From the NCBI GenBank assembly GCA_964016885.1, contig OZ024743.1, positions 183,272,001 through 183,336,000 of the forward strand: a DNA stretch of 64,000 bases, written 5' to 3'. The notes beneath the pieces were generated by a model that searched no databases, was not told the origin of the DNA, and saw only the letters and a list, made by a program, of their open reading frames with translations. The DNA comes from Eledone cirrhosa. Lineage: Eukaryota. The position numbers were made by a program, and so were the translations under genes. Below are positions 35,286 to 48,809 of this stretch, piece after piece. Every line of letters starts with the position of its first letter. Within the stretch, counting starts at the first letter, position 1.

Positions 35286-37224
35286 TTGTATTTATAAAAT
35301 GGTATTAAAATTTACTGTATTATGATATCCCACCCACATAGCAAGCAGTGTCTAATGTTTTGATACCTCCTAGTACACCACAGATTCTGACCCGAGATAG
35401 TGCTGAAGCTGATAAAATATAGTATGAAGCACACATGGTAAGACTACCCTGTTAGTAAATTATTGATTCCAGGGATGATGAGAAAGGTAAGAAGTGCCAG
35501 AAATACTCAGTGGAAGGAAGCTACAGTAGAGGAAGACCTGGGCAGAAGTGGTGAGAGCAAATCTAAAAACGAGGATGATCATGCTGGTGATGATGATGAA
35601 CCTTTTTGATACTAAACTGTCCGAAACCACCTTTGGTTCTATGATACAAACCTGGTTATTTAAAAGTGATTATATTTATCTAAAGACTTTCCATCATAAT
35701 CTTATATAAGAACCTTTGTTATATTCCAAACAAACTTGATAATAATCGTTTCTACTTTAGACACACTGGCAGTAATTTTTTGAGAAGCGAAAGTCGATTA
35801 AATTGGCCCCAGTGCATTACCGGTGCTTTATTTTTAATGTCATTACATATTAACCCTTTAGTATTTATATGTAAAGTGGTCGGGTAGGTGTCATGACAAA
35901 AGGCATCCAGTCCATACTGTAAAGCGGTTGTGTAGGTGACATGACAAAAAACACCTAGTCCATACTGTAAAGCAGTCGTGTAAGAGTCATGATAAACACC
36001 CAGCCCACACTATAAGGTGGTCATGTAGGTGTCACAACAAACAGCACCCAGTACACACTGTAAATGTGGTTGGCATTAGGAAGGGCATCTAGCCATAGAA
36101 ACCAAGCCAAAATCAGTTCTGTGTGAGCAAATCATGGTCCCTGACCTGATACCTCACAATGGGACAGCACGTCCTACTCCTTGCTAGCATGGAATATGAA
36201 TGTTAAACAATGATGATGATGTATACTAATGGTGTTAGATATTTTGATCCATCCTTGTAAATATGACACAATACTAGTATAATCAAAATATAGAAATGCT
36301 GTGAGATTTGTTAAAAACAAAGTTAAGCTCTAGAATTTAACCTTTTTTATACCAACCTGGCTAAACCAGCTCTGATTCTATGAAACAAAATGACCTATTT
36401 TAAAGGGTTCCTATTTAAATCAACCAACATAATTTCAAATAAAAACTATATGTTAAGTTACTGAAATAATTAATAATTTTAGTAAATCCCTCAAAATTAT
36501 TAATTATTTAATTGAAAGTCTATTTCCTTAGAAATACTATCACAAAAGAGTTATGGTGATTAGTGGTGGTTTTTATGGACAAATATCAGTTAAATAAAAT
36601 TGTTTGGGGTTTTTGGGTTTTTTTATAATGTTAATATGTTAAGAAGATAAAAGAATTCTAATGATTCTGGGAAGAGTCTTTGGAGAATGTTGAGTTTTTC
36701 AGCTGCTGAAAATAATTTGTGTCAACATGACAGATAAATAGTTTCAAATGACATCATCTTTCTTGCATCAAGATTCCTAAAGTTGGGAATGAATATTAAA
36801 GGATTAAAATTGCAGTGGATTGGCCTTTTTACGAGTCTTTATATTTTGGGTTCAATTCACGCCGAGGTCAACTTTCAGGGTTGATAAAATAAATGACCAT
36901 TCAAGCACAGGAATTGTTATACTCAACTTCCCCCACAAAAAAGGGTTAAAAGGATTATAAAAATATGTAACTATTTTGGAATGCTTTTGTCAATAATAAC
37001 AATTTGCTGATATCAAAATTTGTTATTTTAGAAGTTAAATGATCTCATGTTTATGCATGACTCCATAATATTTGTTTTTCTGTATAGGGTGGGGGTGGGG
37101 CAGGGGGAGATATATATTTCAACCTCATGTTATTTCAAAAACCTTTTAAAATGTATTTTACTATTTTGATATTTTAATATTTCTCTGGAAACAAAAGCTA
37201 ATTCTGTACTATTATGTATTCAAT

Positions 37225-37414
37225 GGCGGTGGATTGGCAGTATCGGTAGAGGGTCAGACGCCATGCTTTCCAGCATAGTTACGTCCCTTTAAGACCTGAG
37301 TTCAAATCCCGCCGAGGTTGACTTTGCCATTCATCCTTACGGGGTCGATAAAATAAAGTACCAGTAATGCACTGGGTAATTGCTGGCCTTGTGCCTAAAG
37401 TAGAAACAATTATT
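37225..37414 (+). mobile_element. SINE family A, full length
   Basis: A-box TGGCAGTATCGG, B-box GAGTTCAAATCC, ATT tail. Flanked by a TATTATGTATTCAAT direct repeat (TSD). Confidence 0.9.
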
Positions 37415-38020
37415 ATGTATTCAATAAATATTTATTTATGTTGGAAATAACATCTCCCAATGTTTTAGTATACTTTATACCAACTCTATAACGTAAAGTA
37501 ATGTCTATTTATTTATGAAAATGAAAGCTACTGTTCTCATTATTAGTGTAGCTGTTTAATTTTGGTAATATCCTGAACAAGATGATTGAATAATATCTAT
37601 GAGTTTGGCTGGTCTCACTTGGGAATCCAGCTAGATCAATTGGAGATGGTTGCTTTTGACAGGACCTGCTGGAAGGAGTGTTTGAAAATTCTGCTCCCAT
37701 GACTCCCTCAGGAATAAGTGGGCGAAGAATAAACAAAGAACTGATAGTATCGATTATAGAATATTGATTAAGTTTTTATTAATGTGACCCAGAATAAAAA
37801 TAGAAATGATGGATACGTTATCTTAAATGTTTGAGTTATACTACAACACAAAATGTGTTGTACAGGAAGATGTTAATGAAAAAAACCTATTTTCGTTAAG
37901 GTGGTGAACATTTAATACTTTCATAATAAAACTATTTTGTTCTGTTGCCTGCTGAGGCATATGAGAGCAGGGAATATAGTTCATGATTGTACATAAATAA
38001 CAGCTTACAACTCTATGTTG

Positions 38021-38257
38021 TTAACCCTTTAGTTACCAACCCGGCCAAAACCAGCTCAGGTTCTATGAAATAAATTCACCTATTTTAAAAGTTTCCAATT
38101 TAAATTAAAATCTTCCAACATAATTTTATATATGAACCTTACATTAAGTTACTATCTTAGTAATGAAATAAGTAATAATCTTAGGAAATCCCTCAATATT
38201 CTTCATTAATTAATTAAACTAGAGAGTATTTCGTTAGAAATGTCATGAAAGGGTTAA
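38021..38257 (+). mobile_element. piggyBac-type MITE
   Basis: TTAA-CCCTTT...AAAGGG-TTAA. Related copies near 36338-36552, 46415-46653, 47490-47686 and 48300-48530. Confidence 0.72.
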
Positions 38258-38312
38258 GGAACATCTGATAAAGAAATCACCATCATCATTGTCATCATTG
38301 TTTAACGTCCAT

Positions 38313-38449
38313 TATATTATTGTCACCTGTCACAAGACTGGTCTTATATTATTGTCACCTGTCACAAGACTGGTCTTATATTATTGTCACCTGTAACAAG
38401 ATTGGTCTTATATTATTGTCACCTGTAACAAGATTGGTCTTATATTATT
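38313..38449. repeat. 32-bp tandem repeat x4
   Basis: TATATTATTGTCACCTGT(C/A)ACAAGA(C/T)TGGTCT. Confidence 0.93.
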
Positions 38450-40037
38450 GTTTTACTTCACCTTTTCTTGCTACTTCCATGTAGTCACAGGTGTGCCGTC
38501 GTTACATTCTTTAGACTTGGACATTTTAAACTTGGTGGCACCCATCCCTTTTCCTACACAGAACAATTTCTTCCAGAGAGTGAGAATAAAAACGACTTCC
38601 ATAATATCCCTTCCTTGGAATTGGAATCCTTTAAAATGGGTGGTTTTATTTCATAGAATCAAGACCAGTTTTGGCCGGGTTGGTAACTAAAGGGTTAAAC
38701 ATGTTCTAGTTTCCATTGCTACTTCCACAGCTTCATCATTTTGGACTTTGAACTCAGCCCTGTAAAATTAATGACCAATAAAAATGATGAAAAAAGGATT
38801 AAAATAATAAACAAGAAGAGAGAGAAAAGGGGTGGGGTAGAATTAAATTAAATAATAAAAAAGAAGGAAAAGGTGAAAGGATGGAGCAAACTCTATACCC
38901 TTAACTGGGTAGGATATCTCAGTTGCAGCCCACAGAAAGTGGCCCGACTTTATCATCTAATCAGACCACCACAATACTCACCAGCTTATTTAATTTTAAA
39001 CCCTAACAAAGACCTGATCTTTGACAATAGCTAACAGCTTTTATTTGCTTTTATTTTCATTTTCAAAACAAGATAGCACATGATTGTGATATTTGACCTA
39101 CGTATAGATCTATCTTTTTTTCAAGTAATTAATTTTAATGAAATGCTGACAGATCTGCTGAAATGCAACTGCTTGTTGTAACATATTAATGTTTCCTGGC
39201 TTCAATATCTTATTTCAATCTCTTCTTTATCTTTTACAAACTTTAACATTGTATAAAATATATTTTCAATGGTTGACAAGAGACAACAAACAACAGATAA
39301 GAGACAGTTTTGTCAAAATTTAATCTCTGAAGACATAAAAAGAAAAAGAAAAATTAACAAAAACTGAAAATATAAAGCGAGAGCAGACGTTAAAACGACA
39401 ATGATGATGATGACCTGTGTAAACTACTATTTTTGAGTTAGAAAACTATTACATATCTTTGTGATTCAGTCTGGTTAAAACACCAAAGTTTAGAAGAACG
39501 GTAAGTGTTTGTATAAATATACTAGTTGTTGTTGTCATTGTCGTTCTTCTTCTCCTCCTCCCTGTAAATGTTGTGGGGGTAGAGTCCTCAAACACTCCTT
39601 CCAACGGGTCCTGCCAGAAGCAACCATCTCCAGCTGATCCGGCTGGATCCCCAAGTGGACCAGCCAAGCTCATGGATGTTATCCAACTATCTTGCTCATG
39701 GTCTACCCCTGGGTCTCCTGCCGGTTGGTTTTGCTCATAAAATCTACCCAGTAATTGTTTTGAATCTTTTCTAGCTTAATTCTTTTGGAAAATACTTGGA
39801 TCATTATTGTAATTAATTTATTTTATAAATATATCTGTGGTTGCTTTTGTTTAGAAAAAAAATCAAGCGACTATCATCATCATCATCATTATTGTCGGTT
39901 TAGCATCTGCTTTCCCTGTTAGCAACAGTTGAACTATGTTAACCATATTTTCATGAGATAAATAAATATTGATAAATTAATTTAAGCGTAATGATAACTA
40001 ATTATAATGTTAACTGTGGCTGATTATTATTATTATT

Positions 40038-40184
40038 GGGTGGTGGATTGGCAGTATCGGTAGAGGGTTGGACGCCGTATTTTGCAGCACAGAGTTACGT
40101 CCATTTACGGACTGAGTTCAAATACCGCTGAAGTTAACTTTGCCTTTCATCCTTACGGGGTCGATAAAATAAAGTACCAGTAAT
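40038..40184 (+). mobile_element. SINE family A, 3'-truncated
   Basis: Head and core match the family. Confidence 0.82.
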
Positions 40185-40276
40185 GAAATAATTTAAGTCA
40201 TAAAAATCATAAGCAATGTTTAACAATAATTTTTCTATTCTTTGATTTAGAAAATACATTTATAAAACAGCAAAGA

Positions 40277-40936
40277 ATGACAAATTTTGATGAACAAAGT
40301 TGTATGAAATATCCTTTTGGTGCTTGTAGAAATGACATGAAAATCCAGCAGTTGTTTTGTGTAAGAGATTTTCTTCCTAAAACAAACTTAAAGCAAGTCA
40401 TTTTGTTTAAGAATCCAAATAATGAAGGAAAGTTTAAAAACCATTTGTTCTTTTTAGAGAGTCTTCAGAAACAACAGTATAACAACAGGAAACATTCTCA
40501 TTCACATTTTATGTGGCATCAAGAAAACAAATTCTATGAATGGAAAGAAAAAGATGAACAAAACTTTAAAAAAATTGGTTTATCAAAGGACAATTTATCT
40601 TTGATAAATGAATATGCTCCTAACACCAATTTTAATTTGAAATCTGATAAAAATGAATCTTTACAAATCTTTCCTTTCCAAAATGGAAGAATAAATTTAT
40701 TAAACCCCCAATATAATTCCATAAAAAATGTCACTGAAAACCAAGAAAGGAAATATTTTTGGAAAAATAAACTTGGTAAAGATTTATTAAAACGAGAACA
40801 ATTATTATCAGATTGTCGCTTTTCAGAACTCTGTTCCATTTTACATCCAATGGAATACTCCAAGGACTTTATAAGTTCAGTAGATGAACCCTATATAATA
40901 TCTGCTTCTATCAAAACAGGATACAGTCAAATATGA
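40277..40936 (+). CDS. Uncharacterised 219-aa ORF, possibly a terminal exon (acceptor at 40249-40250)
   Basis: Long non-repetitive open frame in very AT-rich DNA, preceded by a pyrimidine tract and AG. No recognisable domain. Confidence 0.45.
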   Translation: MTNFDEQSCMKYPFGACRNDMKIQQLFCVRDFLPKTNLKQVILFKNPNNEGKFKNHLFFLESLQKQQYNNRKHSHSHFMWHQENKFYEWKEKDEQNFKKIGLSKDNLSLINEYAPNTNFNLKSDKNESLQIFPFQNGRINLLNPQYNSIKNVTENQERKYFWKNKLGKDLLKREQLLSDCRFSELCSILHPMEYSKDFISSVDEPYIISASIKTGYSQI

Positions 40937-42935
40937 AGTAAAATATTCAATATATGATATTCAGTATCAAACTTTTATAAAAACATCAAATTAAAATTTA
41001 GTTAAATTACAATTATCTAAATTCTGTTTAGTGTTGTTTTTATCAATTTGTAGAAATATTAACTATTACAAATCATTAATATCATAGTTGAAGTCAGTAA
41101 AGTTACATAAATGGTTGAGCACCAGACTTTTCATTATTTACATCAGTCATGGGCAAACTGCAGCTCACGAGCCACATACGGACCGTTTAGCTTTCTGACT
41201 GGCTGTGTGGTTATATAAAAATATTTATGGGAGCAACCTTGGTTGTGTGTTTAAGAACTTCCCTTCCTAACTAAATGATTTTCAGATCTCTCCCTCAAAG
41301 CAAATATCTTCTGTAACAGCTTCAGACTGACAAACGTCGTATAAGTGAATTTGTAGATGGAAACTGTAAGGGAGACAATCGTATGTATGTGAGTGTATGT
41401 ATGTGTCTTTGTTTCACATTTGACATTATCAAACAGTGTGTGTGTGTGTTTCACATTTTACATCATCAAGCAATGTGTGTGTGTGTACGCATGTGTGTCT
41501 TCTTTCCACATTTGACATCATCAAGTGATGATATTTGTTTATGTACTACATAAACAATATTTTCTGTAGCTCAGTTGTTCAACAAGAAACATGGCTTAAT
41601 GGTTAGAGTGTTCGGCTCATGATTGTAACGTCATGAGTATAATTCCTAGCAGCATGCTGTGCCCTTCAGCAAAATACTTTATTTCATGTTGCTCCAGTTC
41701 ATTCAGCTGGCCAACACTAATTGTACCAGTAATTCAGGGAGCCAGCCTTATCATGCATTGTGTCATAATGAATCTCTCTGAGATTTACATTAAGGGTACA
41801 CATGTCTATGGAATACTCAGCCACTTGCACATTAATTCCATGAACAGACTAATCCATTAATCAAACATGTGAAACAGTCGTTGTCAGAACCAACTGAGAT
41901 CCTACACACATCGTAGCACTTAAAAGATGGTGGGTGTTTTCTGGAAGGGCCTAAAGTTGTAGAATCTAGCCTGAAAATGTGTTGTCTAATCATGGAAAAG
42001 AAAACTTAATGATAAAAGGATGATGATGATGATGAGGATACTAATGATGATGGTGGTGGTGGTGGTGATAATGATGATAGTAATGATGGTGATGATGATG
42101 ATAGTGGTGATGAAGAATACAGATTTAATATTATAAACAACAGGGAATAAGCTGTGGCAACATAGTAGCTAGAACAGAAACAGATGGACAAAGTTGAAGG
42201 AGCTACTACCTCTGTTGACAACAAAAGGTTGCTCTCTACAAATGAAAGGCCAGCTGTAAGGTGTCTGTATGTGTTATGCAATGTTTCATAGTAGTGAGAC
42301 ATGGGCAGTAAATGTAGAGGTTATGTGAAGGTTGGAGAGAAATGAAGTGAGCTTGCTTCAAAGGATCTGTGATGTTAATGTACATGAATGACAAAGTATA
42401 GATGAGCTGAGAGAAAAACTGGATATAAACGGAATCAAATGTGTGATAGAGAGAAGACTGGTATAGACCTGATTTGTATGGATGATAATTGTTGAGTAAA
42501 GAAGTGCCATGAATTCTCAGTGGAAGGAAGCTGCAGTAGAGGAAGACCAAGATATTACAGGAATCAAATGTAGTGTAATTTGAGAAGACTGCTGATATGA
42601 ACATGATTTGTATGGATGAGTAATAATGGATGCCAGTGGAAGGAGGTTACAGTGGAGGAGGACCTGGGCAGAAATAGTGAGGGCTGATGTAGTCTCAAAT
42701 CACTGAAACAGACATAAAAGGATGATGATGATGTTACCATAAATGTATGAAGTCTGAAGTATTTTTGTAAGCTATAGTTATTACACAATCTATAATATAT
42801 AGCAACTGTAGCAATATATACCTCACTAAGATAAATGAAGCAATAGCTCTTTGTCCAAACATATTTTGTCAGATAGATAGCTGTGGAGTCATCTCTCAGC
42901 TAAATATATCTGTCACATATCTAATGATAGATAAC

Positions 42936-43920
42936 TTTTTTTTTATTTGCCACCAGGGCATCAAAAGTGGGACAAGTACAAAGGGGGGAGTTTACATGCA
43001 AAGGCGTCCTCAATATGGAGGAGGCAATAACAAGGTATAAAAGTATAAAAATAAAATAAAATATAACAAAATAAATTTTATAACAAAATCCTCAATAGGG
43101 AGGAGGCGCCTTGGGGGGTCGCACACACCCCCCCCAAAAAAGTGTGCAACCCTTCGCCTCAGGAGCACAGAGAGGGGGTGCTCCCTTGGTCTTTCATCTT
43201 CCTCACCTATAGTCTGATGTAGAGTGAAGGCCCATTCACACGGGCCATTCTCGCCACTTTCACCCATCTTTCATAAAAACGGCTGGGGTGCAGCACCTCT
43301 CTCTCCATCCTGATCCTTCTTCCGAAATGATATCGGAAGAAACGGACCAGTTGTTGGCCAGAGAGAAAGGTGTCTGACCTCAGTCCTTTCAGATGCGTCC
43401 ACCATACAACCTCTTTCGCCATGGCTATTATGCACAGAAACACCGCCTCTCCTTCGTTTTTGAAGAGGGGAGGCGGCTTGATCGTTACAATAGACTTGGT
43501 CCCACCCTTGTTCGACATAGCCCAACAGATCGGCAATGCCCGAGCAGTGTACCAATGCGTGTGTAACGGTTTCCTCCTCGCACACGCATCTGGGACACAT
43601 CTTTTTCGAGGGGTCCCTACCCGGGCGCCCGTGTCTGTAGAGCCTTTCTCGAACGGGCAGAGCCCCTCGGTAGCACTGCCAGGCCAGGGACCTCTGGAAG
43701 TTATCCATGGGTCCCGGCTGAATGTCCTACCGAACAGGTTGGCCAGTTCGTCTTCCTCCATGCCTAGGGCTTCTCCGAGGGCGTCGTCGCACCTGCTAAC
43801 CACCAGCCCTCTATAGAATGACGAGGTGGATTCTCCACTGACAGCCGGGTCCGCTTGCCAGAGAGCTGTGAGCGCCTGGGCACACTCGGTGTGCCAGGCG
43901 CCCAGTTTTCTCGGTCTTTG
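42936..43920 (-). mobile_element. Tx1/L1-clade LINE 3' fragment with poly(A)
   Basis: SLAWQCYRGALPVR...CPRC...ETVTHALVHC is homologous to 16628-16993. AATAAA and poly(A) at 42936-42948. Candidate TSD TATCTAATGATAGATA at 42918 and 43940. Confidence 0.88.
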
Positions 43921-43940
43921 CTAGATCTCCTTTGTTATCT

Positions 43941-45190
43941 ATCTAATGATAGATAGCAAAGGAGTGATCTCTTAGCTAAATATACCTGTCACATATCCAA
44001 TGATAGATAACTGTAGGTTTGTCTCTTAGCTAAATATACCTGTTACATATCCAATGGTAGATAACTGTAGGTTTGTCTCTTAGCTAAATATACCTGTCAC
44101 ATATCTAATGGTAGATAACTGTAGGTTTATCTCTTAGCTAAATATACCTGTCACATATCTAATGATAGATAACTGTAGGTTTGTCTCTTAGCTAAATATA
44201 CCTGTCACATATCCAATGGTAGATAACTGTAGGTTTGTCTCTTCACTAAATATACCTGTCACATATCCAATGATAGATAACTGTAGGTTTGTCTCTTAGC
44301 TAAATATACCTGTCACATATCTAATGATAGATAACTGTAGGTTTGTCTCTTAGCTAAATATACCTGTCACATATCCAATGGTAGATAACTGTAGGTTTGT
44401 CTCTTAGCTAAATATACCTGTCACATATCTAATGATAGATAACTGTAGGTTTGTCTCTTAGCTAAATATACCTGTCACATATCTAATGATAGATAACTGT
44501 AGGTTTGTCTCTTAGGTAAATATACCTGTCACATATCTAATGGTAGATAACTGTAGGTTTGTCTCTTAGCTAAATATACCTGTCACATATCCAATGATAG
44601 ATAACTGTAGGTTTGTCTCTTAGCTAAATATACCTGTCACATATCCAATGATAGATAACTGTAGGTTTGTCTCTTAGCTAAATATACCTGTCACATATCT
44701 AATGATAGATAACTGTAGGTTTGTCTCTTAGCTAAATATACCTGTCACATATCTAATGGTAGATAACTGTAGGTTTGTCTCTTAGCTAAATATACCTGTC
44801 ACATATCCAATGATAGATAACTGTAGGTTTGTCTCTTAGCTAAATATACCTGTCACATATCTAATGGTAGATAACTGTAGGTTTGTCTCTTAGCTAAATA
44901 TACCTGTCACATATCTAATGATAGATAACTGTAGGTTTGTCTCTTAGCTAAATATACCTGTCACATATCCAATGATAGATAACTGTAGGTTTGTCTCTTA
45001 GCTAAATATACCTGTCACATATCTAATGGTAGATAACTGTAGGTTTGTCTCTTAGCTAAATATACCTGTTACATATCTAATGATAGATAACTGTAGGTTT
45101 GTCTCTTAGCTAAATATACCTGTCACATATCTAATGGTAGATAACTGTAGGTTTGTCTCTTAGCTAAATATACCTGTCACATATCTAATG
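43941..45190. repeat. 54-bp minisatellite, about 23 highly similar copies
   Basis: Unit ATCTAATGATAGATAACTGTAGGTTTGTCTCTTAGCTAAATATACCTGTCACAT. No spacers. Confidence 0.97.
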
Positions 45191-46187
45191 AAGATTTTAG
45201 TCTGTCATCATCATTTAAAGTCTATTTTCCCATTCTTGTATGGGTTGTCATGTTATGAGACAAGTCAGATCAGGTGACCAGGTTTTGCTCATACAGATCT
45301 GTATTTTAGCTTGGTTTTTACAGATGGGTGCCCTTCCTAATGCCAACCATGTTACTGTGTCGGCTGGATGATTTTCATCATGGCACTGAAACTGCCACTT
45401 GACAGGGTGGATTGGGTACGTTTTGTCATGTGATATACAAATTACCACAACACAGATCCTGTAATAAAAAACAGAGTCTAGAAACAATACCAAGATGATT
45501 GATCCCTCTAGTTAGGAGTTGAGCACTAGTGTCATTTTTATTTCCCATGAAAGGGGTTGAACACAACCAGTGAAACCAACAAAATATTTGTCAAATTTAC
45601 AATCGAGGATCATTTTTACATCCAGGTAAATTCATTTACCATTTGACCATACTGAACCCAGCACTTCATGATCACGAAACAAAACTTTTAACCATGTGGC
45701 CGTATCTGCAGCCAAGTAAGTTATATGTATCATACACAGTATACAGACTGATAATAAATGTATGAATTAAAGGTTAAAGGAATTGATTGACAAAATCCCA
45801 GACCTCACTCACTTTAATGAGTGAGGTGGAGCTTGTCAAACCGGACCAAAGAAAACAATGTTTCCATTGGTCTTTCCATTGCTGATACTATGTAACAGTC
45901 ACAACTGGCAGAAAGGACAACATGAAATAAAGTGTCTTGCTCAAGGACATAACACATCACCTGGTCTAGGAGTCGAACTCACAACCTCATGATTGTGAAT
46001 CCAATTCTCTAACCACTAAGGCACCAGCCTTCACTATAAATTAGTTACTGCTAAATATTGTGTTAAACTTTTGACAAAAGAGAAGAAAGAAAACCAACAA
46101 CTTAAGAGAATAATATAAGTGCCATATGTTAGTGATTTAAATGGTTTATTTATAGATATCATCAATAGTAATGAATATATAACACAA

Positions 46188-46307
46188 TCATTGGTTCATT
46201 GTCAAAACACCACTGGGATCTATTTTAAATTTACTTGGATCAAATTCCTGACCTTTGAAAGGTGATCCTTCAGCATGCCAAGCTTGTTTTAGCATATCAT
46301 GTGCTTT
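46188..46307 (-). CDS. NUDCD3: NudC domain-containing protein 3, last exon
   Basis: Encodes KAHDMLKQAWHAEGSPFKGQEFDPSKF...NQ*, the NUDCD3 C-terminal W.AEGSPF.GQ.FDP motif. AATAAA about 40 nt downstream (46145-46150). Confidence 0.93.
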   Translation of the reverse strand, partial: KAHDMLKQAWHAEGSPFKGQEFDPSKFKIDPSGVLTMNQ

Positions 46308-47250
46308 CTGTAATGAAGAAGAATAAAATTAAATAATATATAAAGTAAGAAAGGGCAGACAAAAACAAAGAAATAGAAACAGACCCCCCCCCCCATCACC
46401 ATTATTATCATTAATTCTAACCGTTTCATGACTGTCTTTCTAATGAAACAATGTATTTCACTTAATTAATGAAGAATTTGGAAGGATTTACTAAAATTGT
46501 TAATACTTCATAAATAAGAGTATTTGTATCATAACAAAAGGTTTTTATATAGAATTATATTGGAACCCAATTAAATAAGAACCCTTTAAAACGAGCGATT
46601 TTATTTTATAGAACCAAAGCCAGTTTTGGCCAGGTTAGTATCAAAATAGTTAAACCAACAAAAGAGCCAGTATATGGTTGCTCAATCAGCTAAAAATAGC
46701 AGTCAAATTTTACCCTACTATCTTAATAGATAAATAGCCCTGATAATATCAGTTTTATGTAATTTATGTCTTTCTGCTATAAGTTGGTCATCAGGTTTCT
46801 GGGACCTGGTGTTGTCTAGTCAACTGAAACTATTTTCTCCTAGTTCTTCTTAAGTCAACTCTTCACTCTTAATTCTATTGTTCAGTTACATCATGTACTG
46901 AAACTAATGTAATTGTTAACAACAACAACGAACAAAATCCCAGACCTCATTCACTTACCAAGTGGGGTGGAACTCATCAAATCAGACCAAGGGAACAATG
47001 TTTCCATTGTTGATACTATCTACTGGTCACAACATAAAATAAAGTATCTTGCTCAAGAACATAACACATCATCAGGTCTAGGAACTGAACTCACAACCTC
47101 ATGACTGTGAATCAAACTTCCTAACCACTACGTTATCACCATCATCATTTAATGCATGTTTTCCTGGGTGACTTTTACCAACTGATGTCTCCAATCCTGA
47201 GGAGTTAAGTAACAAAGTTAGTTGTGTGACAACAAAAGAAATGTTTTTAC

Positions 47251-47439
47251 CTCTTCATGAGATTGTGGTAGTCCTAGACGTTTCTGTCGCTCGTTGTGCA
47301 TTAGTTCATGTAGTTTCATTTGTTCATCTTCTTTTAAATCTGACATTGGTCGTGAACAGTCAATTTCACGTACATTAATCTTAGGTTCATTAACAAACAC
47401 AGCTTCCCACCAACGTTCTTGCACTTTTTCTAAAGATAT
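47251..47439 (-). CDS. NUDCD3: NUDCD3 exon
   Basis: 189 nt, phase 0-0. Encodes ISLEKVQERWWEAVFVNEPKIN...RQKRLGLPQSHEE. Confidence 0.93.
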
Positions 47440-47643
47440 CTGCAAAAATATTAAATAAAGTAGCTTCAATGTAAGTTATGAATTATTGGTTATTTTAAAG
47501 TGTTTATATTTATCTAAACCGTCCATCATAACTTTATGTTAGAGTCTTTAAGTCATATTCCAAACACCAGCTTCATATGAGAAAGTTAGTTATATTACTA
47601 AATTCCTTCAAATTCTGAATTATTATCAAAATAATTTGAAATC

Positions 47644-47925
47644 ATAGGCAGTGCCTTTCATAGAAATATGGTAATGAAAGGGTTAAAGACATAGACAATG
47701 TCTTTCATTAAAAATAGGGTAATGAAAGAGTTAGATATAGGCAGTATCTTTCATTAGAAATATGGTAATGAAAGGGTTAATAACATAGACAGTGTCTTTC
47801 ATTAGAAATATGGTAATGAAAAGGTTAATAACATAGACAGTGTCTTTCATTAGAAATATGGTAATGAAAGGATTAATGACATAGGTAGTATCTTTCATTA
47901 GCAATAAGGTAATGAAAGGGTTTAA
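47644..47925. repeat. 48-bp minisatellite (about 6 copies) derived from a piggyBac-MITE terminus
   Basis: Each unit ends in GGTAATGAAAGGGTTAA. Confidence 0.85.
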
Positions 47926-48071
47926 CAGAGAATGTAAAGGGACATAACTAGAATCTAAGCATTGTTTGTGGTGAACAGAAATAACGAAGTAGATGAACCT
48001 CATTAATATTTAGTTTTTCACAGTATGTTATCAATATAAACAATAGAAAATGAAATAAATTGTCTCCCTAC

Positions 48072-48248
48072 ATGAACATGTTCTCCAGGAATCAAACTCC
48101 ACATACAATCCTCTTTGTGAATCTCCCACATTAGATCATCATCTACCAGAATATTTTCTTCTCCATTGTCATCTGTATAGGAAATCTTGAGATGTTTTTT
48201 ATTAAACACAACTTTTACTTGTTTCCCCTTAACCAAATGTTTTGGAGC
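48072..48248 (-). CDS. NUDCD3: NUDCD3 exon (CS/p23 domain)
   Basis: 177 nt, phase 0-0. Encodes APKHLVKGKQVKV...CMWSLIPGEHVH. Confidence 0.93.
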
Positions 48249-48809
48249 CTGAAACAAAAAAAAAAACAAAAAACAATCATCATTATCATTTCTGTGTTCC
48301 TCACCCTTTTTATAGAAACTCCCAAACCACCCCAGACCTATTTTAAGCATTTAAATTAAAACTTCCCATCATAATTTATCTCAGAATATTTTATGTTCCT
48401 AACACCAGCTTTCTAACAATAAAGTTTGTTATTTCCCTAAACACCCCACCTAAATTTTCTTATTTTCAAAATTGATTGAGAATATATAGGCAGTGTATCT
48501 CATCAGAAATATAGTATTGAAAGGGTTAAACATATTATTTTCATTATCAAAATTGAATTCAAAGTTGCCCACTCTTAATACTTATTTTTGATATTATTTG
48601 ATAGAAACATAAAGTGAAAAATAAACATTTTTTGTTTTCCATTTGTATAGCTGCAAAAAGATAATCCTGTTTTTAATGTTAACTACACATGGATCACTAT
48701 CAGTAATAGACTGGGACCAAGAATAATTTAACTGCAATAAAACTGTTTATTCTACACATAGATCACTATCAGTAATAGCCTGGACCAAGAATAATTTAAC
48801 TGCAATAAA

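Noticed and set aside
41144-41210. hAT-like terminal sequence (also about 63130-63190)
   Set aside because: Only one degenerate end at each site and no TSD, too weak to call.
43941-45190. CRISPR-like array
   Set aside because: Head-to-tail repeats with no unique spacers and no cas genes, in eukaryotic DNA.
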